This document shows, in pieces, positions 40,745 through 51,914 of a stretch of DNA of 64,000 nucleotides; the stretch's first letter is position 1, and each line of letters opens with the position of its first letter. Location of the stretch: positions 9,982,001 through 10,046,000 of the forward strand of contig NC_087261.1 in assembly GCF_037042905.1 (NCBI RefSeq). The letters are read 5' to 3'. A program made the position numbers and the translations under genes. Under the pieces are notes generated by a model that saw only the letters and a list, made by a program, of their open reading frames with translations, did no database searches and had not been told where the DNA came from. This DNA comes from Lytechinus pictus. Taxonomy: Eukaryota.

Positions 40745-41110
40745 TTCTCATTTGGTCCAATGCCCGTTCGTCCAATCACCAACTCGTCTACTGTAACATG
40801 CATAATTTGATCTACCATCAGTTCGTCCAATATCCACATGGTCTAATCGTCATTTCGTCCACTCACCATTTCTTCTAATAACCAGTTGGTCCAATAGCCA
40901 TTCAGTCCATATACCATTTGGTCTAACTAGACTAAGTGTTAATTGGTCAAAATGAATGAAAATAAAACGAATATTAGACCAACAGGTTATGAGACGAAAT
41001 GGTCATAGACGAAGTGGTGATTAGACGAAATGATGATTGGACCAAATGGTTGTTTGACGAAATGTTGATGGACGGAATGGCATTAGACTATAGACCATGT
41101 AGTGAGTGGA
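40745..41110. repeat. Foldback-like repeat with TTCGTCCAA/TAGACGAAA units
   Basis: Short-unit repeats switch orientation near 40940. Confidence 0.6.
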
Positions 41111-42850
41111 CCCCTGATTCATTCCCACTCGAGCTTCAAGAATCCTGCCAATTGATTTTCACATCTAAACAATGATTCACGATAGCAATAATAATTTATC
41201 TCTTCTATATATCTGATATGTACACTATTACATTCCTTCATAACTCATATATTTACATAATTCTTATATTTCAATACATATAAGTTCTGCACGTTGTCAA
41301 TCATTGCATGGTTGAAGTAAGATTTGAAACAATTGTCTTGCTGAAATACAGTGTAAACAGCTAACTATAACAAATATTTATATCCGAAACTGCTAAAGCA
41401 TCATAGCTTAAACATGAGAGCGCAAAAGCATATATACCTTGTTTGCAAACAAACATCGAAATTAAATTGGCAAACATAATCATGATAATACACTCCCGTC
41501 TGGTTTGTTTTCCATAAGACTGGTGCATTTCATTTTCATTTCATTTCATTTCATTTATTGGTTTTTGCAACATTTTTCATAACAGAATTCTGGACAAGAA
41601 AAATACATATCTGAAACTTGACATCAAGATAATGAACAATAGTTTTGTATATAAATCCTCAAACATATCTTACATAAATGAAAATCATTAAGTGGTATTT
41701 TCTGTTACACAATAAATAGGATGGTTGCAAGGGTCGTCACAAAAGCAAAGCTTGAAAACGTAACAACCCTGGAATATAGCCAAAATAATTAATATCTATT
41801 GTCATTAAACGTGCAGGCGCATGAGGGACGGGGGGGGGGGAGATGTTTGGTCCTTAGCATGGAATTTTAGAAAATAACACGTTTTGTTGTTTGATTTTGA
41901 TTTATACATGTTCTAGATAAAAGTCAATGTCTAATTAAACATGAAAAGGAACATCTTAACACTGCAAAAATAACGGTGTTTTAACACCAAGGTTCTTGAG
42001 TCGAACACCGCCCAGCTTCCATGTACGACAACACCGGTGATGGAAGGTAATAACCGAACACTAATTCTTGGTATTAATTTGCCAATGCAGCTGAATAATG
42101 ACAATACGCGGTGTTGATTTGACATCACTGGTGTTAATTTCAATAGTATAACACGTTGGTCTGGTAATTGGGCCCAATCCTGCGGCGTCACTTTGGTAAA
42201 CATAATAATCGAATGTGTTTTTTTTTTTCAAGTAATTGAACGGAAGTTTTTGTTTTGTTCTTCTTGTTAAAATCAACAAGAATAGCGAAATATTATGACC
42301 AACCCCCTCAAAAAAGTGTTATATTGTAAGTGACACACTATTTTGGCATTTCTTTTTTTACACCCGATCATTAATTTTACAGTGTGCCTACACCTTCTTC
42401 TTCTTTGGGACTTTCATTAGAGAAAGAATTTAGATTTTTCTGGCAAGATAGATATGTAATTTTACAATAGCATTATTATCGTATTAGTATTTGCAATTGC
42501 GTGACTATAGTATTATGTGATATCAAATTTAACACATTTTAAATTTATTCATTCCTTTATTCATTCATTCATTCATTTATCTAGGCTTTTACTTATATTC
42601 ATATACAAGGTTGCACATATTGATTGTCTTCCATGTGACCCTCTTCGGGAAAGATCAAACAAATAGCAACAATAAACAATGTATAATAATAAAAAGATAA
42701 TGCACAACCTTCTTCTTCTTTTCTCTTCCTCCACTAAATACGAAGATCTACAGCTGGTTACTGCATGGGTTGATAATAATTAGTGTATTAGGTGCCTCAA
42801 ACACTTCCTCCCTCAGAGTTGAACAGATATTAATACAAAAGTCAAAAGGG

Positions 42851-42889
42851 GCCTAAGCTTTCGATCCTAGCAGAATCTTCGTCGGAGGC
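42851..42889 (-). ncRNA. Minimal hammerhead ribozyme motif with core variant (Penelope-type remnant)
   Basis: The minus strand reads GCCT-CCGACGA-A-GATTC-TGCTA-GGATC-GAAA-GC-TT-AGGC. Confidence 0.65.
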
Positions 42890-45800
42890 AAAATGATAAA
42901 CATATAAAGTGGAACAACCATAATAATACATTCAAGAAAGAGAAGACAGAATTATGTAATTGTATGATTATAAATACTTAGTATTCTTATTGATTAAGTA
43001 TACCTGTTCATTCAATAATTATACTTGACAATCTGACTTTGTGAAATAATATTTTTACATTTAGAATTAGTTTTGACAATGAACATGAGGAAAACGATCA
43101 ATGGAAGCTTATAACTAATTATGTTGAAAGTAAACCCACATAATCTACACAGTCTTACATTTCAAATAAATGTTTATTTGAATTGAATTGAAGTGAATTG
43201 AATTTCGGATCATAATCTACTTTACATCCGGGAACTCCTTGTCCTTGGGACGGGTATAGATTGAATCAATGATTATGCTTATTGTCATTCTATTCTTAAT
43301 AATGGGGAGTAAAGAAACTGGATCTTTTCATGAAAAGCTGTCCGATCCTCCCACATTGGTGATAAAATCCTTAAATATTTGTTTGCTTTGTACTCTTGCC
43401 GAATATCTTTCCTCTTACAAATGATTCTCTCAAAGAGGGGTTTCTGTTCTGAAAAGCCTTGGGTTGAGTTGGACGAAAAAAAAACAGCGCACATATAAAA
43501 CGATTTGCTTCAAATATCCTTCGCTGCAATCAGCATGATCTGATGATCAACGCAATGCATTTTCTATATGGTCGAGGAATGGTTGATACGTATCTATTGT
43601 AATCGTAAAAACTAATTGCAAAAAATGATAGTTTGATAGGCGGTACTAGAATTACATCCATTCCTTTACCACGTAGATATAAGCACATTTGAATGTTTAT
43701 TCATGGTAATAGTTGGAATTGAGACTTGAATATTAAATACGATGTGACTTAAAAGCACCAATTCCACTCTGTCGAGTGTTCAGGGCGCATAAAGAGCTAA
43801 GAATTAAATAAAAAGTATTTTAGAAGATTTTTAAAGACTCAACAGCGATATGACATCAGAAAAACTATTCCCCAATGTGGGGGCATGCGTGAGTAAATAA
43901 TCTCGTAAAAAAAGATTTTGGGTAATTTTTCGAATTACCAAAGATATTAAATGTATTGAATGCATTAATGTCATTTGATCTCGAACTGTTAAACCTAGCA
44001 CAGTACAAACGCTTTAATCTTTTTTTAACATTATGATGCATTATGAACTGATCAGATATTGTTTAAACTTTGAACAAAATGTTTGATTTTTTTAAACAAC
44101 AACGTTCAATTTCTAATAGGTCTATCTATTGCTTAAAAGTTGGCATCGCTGTTGACATTTTGTCAACAATACTCTCTTTAAGCTCTTAAAGAACAACTGT
44201 AAATTCATATAGTAAACTAAGTTGTATGAATTGTCATGTTGTTTAATTTTGATTTTACTGTGTAAAATAATGATCCCATGGAATAAACAGGACCATTTTT
44301 ATGAATATTATCGCGATTCCTTGCTACGTTGAATCCATAGTAGAATGACCCTCGTTATAATGCAATCAAGCAGGGATACATGACCCGTGAAATCAATTTT
44401 TATAATTTTCAAAGGGATTTTGGCAATGATAAAAATTCTTGTATATGGCTTCCAAAATTTGCTCCGAAAATGGAGGAATAAACATCAATGATTAATCACA
44501 ATTCTACAATATTCCAATCACTATATAATGATCATAAAATCAACTGGAAGGGCGTCAATGGCGACATTGCCGAATTCCCTTAAAAGTCACAGAGCTTCCA
44601 AAAATTATAACTTGAATTTTTATTGTCGAATGTCCCACACACCTTCAACACAATGTACCTTGTCGCTGTTTTTCTTCTGAAATTAACTTATAGTACACAA
44701 CGTGAAACCTCAGTCACACTGACAAGGTCCAGACTCCGAACCAATCAAAATTAAATATCTATGTTCAATGACATGCCATTGGTCCATTTGGAGTCGCTTT
44801 CGTTATTATACGAAGGGGTCAAGAACAGAATATATTATTGGAAATAACAGACAAATTACAAAGAAGAAATGTGGTGAAACAGAACAGCAGTAATTCCTAA
44901 GTTTCAGAGCTGACGAAATATGGAAAACATATCGTTTGTCCACAGTTTAAAATCTTAAACAACAAAGTGTAATTTGCAATATTTAACTCTAAATAAATAA
45001 AGCATAGTTGTTTAAGCTGTTAAACAGCTATAGTGTAAGGTTCGTTTAGTAGGCAGCGTTGTATAAAACTTTAATAAGCGTTTCTACTGTGCAGAATCAA
45101 GGACTAATTTGCTGTTTTTATTCACCAATTTTTGACAAAGACTTAAGTTCTCATTCATGTGGGGCATTTTGCGATGTATTTTCTCTGTTCGTGAATCGTC
45201 CGTACATCAATCACTCAGCAAAAACTCCCTATACTACCTACCCTCCTCTCATCTTCTTGAATCACCGTGTACTATATTACTATTCTTCTCGCTTCATTTC
45301 AGACTTCCTTTCATATTGTATGATTGATATGCGAGTTTGGTGGTGTGATTGTTCAATATTGAAGCGCATGAAAAACCCAGAACAATAAAGGAAATATGTC
45401 CTGGACAATAAAGTAATATATCCTCTGAACTTTGCCTTGATTGGAGCACCACAACGTGAAATATGAATGCGAATATTACCAATATTTTTTATTGGTTTTG
45501 GTGGACTTTAAGAAGGCTTGGCAGTGGATGAATATTAGATTTCATATTCTCATTTAATGGCCTTTTTTATGCGAAAATCTTATCGAGTTCTTTTTCATTA
45601 TTGCAGTCTGGAAAGTTCACAAGTTCATGATAAATTTCCAGATACTCTTTATATCGTCTTTCATGGAATGTAACAAGAAGTTGTTATTTTTCTTTCTCTT
45701 GATACGAGGGACTTATTTACATTGATTGTTAGTATTATTTGCGATAAATTTAGTAATAAATGAATCATGCAAGCATATATATACAGGTATATAACATGAA

Positions 45801-47630
45801 TAAAAAAATAATGACACGTACAAAGAAGGAGGAAAATTACCTGTTTCATATCGAGTTTGATATCGTTACTTTTCATATCTAGATAAGTTTGAATTTCTAC
45901 CTCTAATATTTCTATAAGGTATAGAGAGCATGCATCTTATGTATTGTTTCAATGCTTATTTTGTAATACAATTGATATGATTGACAATGATATACATGAT
46001 GTTAATAATATTTATTTTTTGTTTTTAATGCATTTCTGTCAATACATTTTTTTGTTTTTAATGCATTTCTGTCAATACATTTTTTTGTTTTGCATTTAAA
46101 ACACTTTTTTACATTGAACATATATAGCATCTACTGATTTAGAATCAAATTTAAACAAGCTTGTTTACGAGCAAAGAGAAGGTAAATAGAAAGTATTTTC
46201 AGATAAATTGTAGATTACCGGTAATTCATAAGATTTAATTATCGAGTGTAAACATGAATTATCTTTACTATTTATTTAAGAATCTGACATTTACGGATAT
46301 CATATCTTTAGGCCCAATGATCCACAAAGGATTACCAATTTCAACTGAATAAATCAGTTATATATCAGTTTCATTTACTGTAAGAACAAATGTTAACTAT
46401 TATATTTAGCCCCCACCCATCTATACGACAGTGAAGAAAAAACGTAATACAGAAAGATTTTTTAAACCAAAATCGAATGTTAAATAAGGAAGATTTGATA
46501 TTACAAACTTTCGCTTCATTAAAAAAAGAAAAAAGTTTTCAATACATGCTATGATAGAGCCTATGACGTCACACGCATTGTAAATTGCACGTGTGACTTT
46601 AGAATGTAAAAAAAGAAAAGTAAATTTACAAGTGTTTGAAAAGTATAATAAAATAGTAAATTCCACTGTCATATTTGTTTTGAAATTAATAAGTTTAAAA
46701 AATTAAATTACACACGCACATTGAAATGTATATCAAAAAAGTACAGTGACCTAAAATCAAACATTCATTGACGTTTTGAAGTTATACTCAAGTTTGCATC
46801 AATATCATAGGATATGACATCATCGGTTTATCATTTTATTATGTATTATAATATGTGAAGTAATGCAAAGTTTCAAAATGGCGTCCTTTTGTTACTGACA
46901 TGACATCCTAATGATTAATATTGCTGACTGTAAAGTTGGTTAGGTATTTGATACAGTGTGTGAGGATATGCCCGTTTGAGACTGCATACATGTCCTGCAT
47001 GAGGTTGTGCCGCGATCGAGTGGCTTAAAGCACGAAAGTCAGAGGATCCCCGCTCTTATTAGGGGCAGGGGGGGCACAAACATACTTTCATTTGGGTTGA
47101 AAGGGGTATGGTGTTATTGTTTTGTTTTGCTTCGGTTACTTTTTCTTTTTTCTTTTTCTTTTTTTTTGCTTCTTGGCTATTCTTCAGACTCCTTAATATT
47201 AACAACAAAGGGGCGGGAGGGGGGGGGGGGTGGTAGGTAGGTAGGGTCCAAGGCCGAACCTATGTTGTTATAGGATATGAAATATTTAAGAAATGGGGCC
47301 AAGGTGTTAGAGGTTTTCATTTAAAATTTTGTTAATGGCTTCAATTCGACTAGATTGTATTAATGATTTATTTTGTGTATTTAGAAAATCTCTTAAAGTG
47401 TTGTGAATATTTGACAATAGAAAAAAGATTTGAGTACGTTGAGTTTATTGGGTTTTATTGTAACACTAAAGGGAAAAAAGAGAAAATGTAAAGTGTTAAT
47501 TATTTGAGTTTTCAATGTATTCAATTGATTTGTAAAGATATTATATTTTCTTTGATGTATTTCATTTTGTATATGAATTGAAGTTTGTTGAGAAATAAAA
47601 AATGCCCTTGAACAAATACAATTTTATCTA

Positions 47631-47872
47631 CACTGCAAAAACTCCGGTGTTGATTTAACACCAGCCCGGAATCTATATATGTCCACCCCAGAGAAGTGTT
47701 AAACAACACCAGTTTCGTTTTGGTCTAACACCAGAAAGGTGTTTATACAACACCAATTAGTATTAAAACAGCATCGGTTTGATTCCAAACTGGTGTTGTT
47801 TCAATACTTCTCTGGTGTGGACATATATAGATTCCGGGCTGGTGTTAAATCAACACCGGAGTTTTTGCAGTG
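47631..47872. mobile_element. Palindromic CACT...AGTG MITE with TA TSD
   Basis: About 55-bp perfect arms. Relatives with CACT ends occur at 11682-11893, 12183-12262, 24872-25074 and 41960-42384. Confidence 0.88.
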
Positions 47873-47929
47873 TATACAATTCTCTTTCATCGTGTATATA
47901 TGTATATATATATATATCAAAATGTTAAT

Positions 47930-48190
47930 CACTCTCGCCTTTCAAACAGAGGGTCGTGGGTTCGAATCCTAGCCATGGCGTGTTTTCCTTCAGCAAGAAA
48001 TGTATCCGCACTGTGCTGCACTCGACCCAGGTGAGGTAAATGGGTACCGGCAGGAAGTAATTCCTCAAAAAGCTGTGCGCACCGGAACGGTAGACTAGCT
48101 TAGTCGGGGTAATATAGGAGCGCCTTGAGCACCTAGCAAGGTGGATACGTGCGCTATACAAATCCTATATATTATCATTATTATTAATAT
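47930..48190 (+). mobile_element. tRNA-derived SINE, 5'-truncated
   Basis: B-box GGTTCGAATCC, central CTCGACCCAGGTG...AATGGGTACC, LINE-like tail GCGCCTTGAGCAC...GCGCTATACAAAT, then (ATT)n. Confidence 0.8.
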
Positions 48191-48547
48191 TATAGTACAT
48201 GTATTACCAAATCACACACGTGCTTATAATATTAATAACAAAAATGCTGTATAATATTTCATACAACGATGGTTACCACAATATTATTATGAACTTTACA
48301 GTGGTTGTTCAACAATTTAAACAATCACGCTATTTTATTGAAGATTAAATATTAAAAATTTTTGTTTATGCTTTTAAACACGTGTTTAAATCTCTGTAGA
48401 GTTCATACAGTGAACAGTAAGTATAAAATATTAAACAGCGCTTTTGCTGTGCTGTTCGTAGAAAAAAAAAATGTGCTTAATAGAGTTTATGTGTGGAATG
48501 TGTGTAGGTGTGTGGGGAGGGGGAGGGAGTGGGGGACGGGTACTTAC

Positions 48548-48650
48548 TAGAATTCAATTGTGACGTAACAAGGACCGGTGTCACCATCAGAATAGTAAAT
48601 GTCATCAGTCGTGTCAGCAGGAAGGAGTGTATGATATTGGCTCGATCCAT
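48548..48650 (-). CDS. WSC-CCP receptor, coding exon 1 (signal peptide)
   Basis: MDRANIIHSFLLTRLMTFTILMVTPVLVTS-QLNS then A|gtaagt, a phase-1 donor compatible with the acceptor at 36007. This implies a 12.5-kb intron, in which extra exons cannot be excluded. Confidence 0.65.
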
Positions 48651-51218
48651 ATCTCCACAAAAAAACAAGGCCTTCGTTTTAAAACAACAAAAACCGCACC
48701 AGCCTTTAGTACGTCACAATGATGACACACAATTTTTCATCAAGATCTTTGTTCTAATTGCAGCGTTTTGAAGTTAAATTGCAAGTTTGTCGTATTATGC
48801 AAAGTCGAATAACTGTTACGCCGTTGTATAATGAATTCCAAGTATGAAATCGTCGTTGTTCGTTAAAGAGCTTAACCAACATTTCCTATCTGGTAGCGTA
48901 TCGTTCTTATTGTCTCCTCAACTCTGAGTCAGGAGTTAAGTGTCCAATTTAAAGAGATACTGCTTTCATTCCTGATCAAGCGTTAAGAGATAATCCGACT
49001 TATTATCCATAAAAGAACTTTCATTGGATTGTGGGTGGGAGATGACGACAAAATAGTAGCTAATTCCTCTTCAGAAATCGTTCTTCACAAACTATGACAT
49101 CTCAATGATATGGACATTGTTATGTTCTTTTGAGGGAGAGAGAGAAAAAAAAACAATCGCAAATTGCTTGTTGTTTGTCGTCACAATGCCTATATTTTGT
49201 CCAGTCCTGAGCCAGAATCTGTTTGCATATCAAACGTAGCAGAGACGAGTGGTGATTTTACCATGTTTACGGTAAAGAAAAGTCTGAACTTTTATATGCT
49301 CCCATTCGTTAACACTAATTAATAAGAGGCCCGATAGAAAATAGCGTTTCCGAATGAGGTAGTTAATGACGCAACAATGTTAAGCACTAATAGATGCTTG
49401 CCTCTTGTGCAGATGATTAATAAGTTTCCTTAGCCAACAAGAAACGCCGGCAAAACAACAAGTTTTATGCTGATATCATTTGGATGACGGCTTCTCTTCC
49501 AAGTTGTTGCTCAAAAAAAGGTAAACATCAACTTCCAGAACTGAGTTCCACATCATATTCCTTAGACGCGTTTAAAAGAGTTTGACTCTTTGGCTTCATA
49601 ATACAAATGGGAAATAGGTCGGCAAGCTGCCCAAACTTCAACTTAGCTCATCCAAGAGTGGACCAACTTTTTTCACCTGCCTTTGTGTTTATATTCCGAT
49701 ATATCCGGTTACATCATAAGTACCCTTTAAAAGCACAAAAATAACTGATTTAGGATGTTGCGTTATCAATGAGCTGATATGAAATGACAAAATAGAATAT
49801 CCGGATGTTGTGACGAAAGAGTGTTCGTCGTCGTTGATCCAATACGCACACCACACTTAACATTGATCACAAGATGATCAGTGACTTGCAAAACTTAAAA
49901 AAGTCAGTATAAATATACACGAATCAGGGGAGAAAAAGAGGATGGGTCACCTCTCGCATAATCTTGTCAAATATATTGCAGACTCCTATATGGACGATAC
50001 CCGCACGTCACTTTTCGTTATAAGATTCGTTTTGCGTTGAGGATGACCGACCCAAAACAAAACGCCAGTAAAAAATGGACAGTTCGAGGACTTGGTGGTG
50101 GCGAATTCAGTTCTGATCCATGGACACAAAGTGAACTCCTATCTTCGAAGAGGGTGGAGGATGCTACACATTCGCGCTGATCCGCCACGCTAGTGCTTCA
50201 ATTTCCCATCATAACCAGTGGTAGGCCTACCGAGCATATGGGGCATATATGCCGACTTCATGAGCGCTTTGCACAAAGCCTGAAGAAGACCAAATAATGC
50301 CATGATAATGCTCCGGAGAAGAGGGTCTAATCCAGAACTCCGTGTATAGGCCAGGTATGGAAGTAAACAATCTTTGGGGCTCACTTCATTTATTTTGTGT
50401 TGACTCATGGCAAACTAATTCAACCTCGGAGAGTGGAGAGACCGCCTCACAGAAATCAACCACTCATTCATAAGATCTGGTGATCCATGAACCCTCAAAA
50501 TAATAGACCAAAACACCAGGATCGTGGAAGGAAAATGAAGAGGGTGGAGGGGAGGGGGGGGGGGCTGATAAAGAGAGAGGGTAGGGGGAGAGAGGAGAGA
50601 GTGTGTGCGCGCTCGTTTGTGTGTGCGTCAGTGCGGGTGTGTGTGAGGGTGCGTTGGTGTGTGTGTGTGTGTGTGTGTAAATGGGGGGGGGGGGAGACTT
50701 GATGAACTGGCCCAAATTATTTGAGAAGATAAAGAGAAGAATTTCCAACTGCAAACCGTATGGTATAAGGACAAATATCAATAAAAACTGGAAACTTACT
50801 GCACATACAGACTAAATGCACATTACAGTTTATCATATGACATCAAAATTGATTTTTACTTTCAGAGAGGCAAGATAACCATTATACATAAAAATAGATG
50901 TCTTTGAGGGTGGTTTTTGCGAAACACATGCATAGAGCAGGATGAAACAAGCAAAAAATACGTGTAGAAAGTATGGAAAATGTAATGAAAATCTTCACGT
51001 CCCCCATAAGAGAGCAATACCCCCATTAATGAAGTAAGAGCAAATAAATGATTGCTAGTTTATTCCCTTCCCATACTGACAGATTTTTTTCTGCCCCCAC
51101 CGCCTTATCAATCATTTTCTTTTAATGAAATCAAATGAGTGTGATTCGAAACGTATAACGGAAATCGACAAAGCGAGAAACAACTGCTTTTCTTTTGTTG
51201 AACTGGCTTACAGAGTAC

Positions 51219-51914
51219 TGTAGCGAACCCGTCCGCTACGGTTTTTAGTTATAATGCAGTAAACGTAGATGGCGCTATAGCTTTTGGTGCGTTAGAACTC
51301 AATGATCGACTTACGCAACGCACTGCGTAAGGCAGCTCTCGGAGACTATAAATAGCGGAGTTTCGCAGTGATCTCGTCACTTCGACGCTGGCGGAAGTCG
51401 GAGTCGGACGAAGAACTCCCTGCGCTCCTCTCCAACTGGGCTGAATCAAGAAAAGGTTTGGAAATGAACATTGCTCGCTTAATTTCTACTACTGCAAATA
51501 CAATTCTGGATAATTGGTGACGGTGTTAATGTTGATAACCTGTACAATTGCTGAACAATGATGTATAATTAAAATATGACCGTTGTCATACACCAAATGT
51601 AATCATCGTCTCCAACCTGTGTGATCTATGGAATCCAATTGACTACTGCAGTATAAGCCTACCCATAGAGATTATACAGCCCCAACAGAAATCTCTGTTC
51701 AGACTACCCCTCAACACTCCACCCCCATATATTTTGGGAAAACGGAACACGCCCAGGTCTCTACTCTCTACATAAAGCCATATTATACAGATTATAAGGA
51801 AGCCGCTCGCATCAAAGATGGCTAGTAATTCATCAACGGATGAAGGTGAAAGAGGCAAGGGACAGGCCGGCCCCCCAGCATCCAGGACCCGTTCCAAGAA
51901 GGAGGGCCGCCACA
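51219..51914 (+). repeat. 5' LTR (696 bp)
   Basis: TGTAGCG...CGCCACA; TATAAATA at 51347, ATTAAA at 51568; no difference from the 3' LTR seen by eye. Confidence 0.97.

Noticed and set aside
47930-47975. Possible tRNA gene
   Set aside because: Only the B-box half is present and it continues into a SINE body.
50795-50840. Alternative first coding exon (MINCNVHLVCMC, phase-1 gtaagt donor on minus strand)
   Set aside because: Too short and not signal-peptide-like; the 48548-48650 exon fits better.
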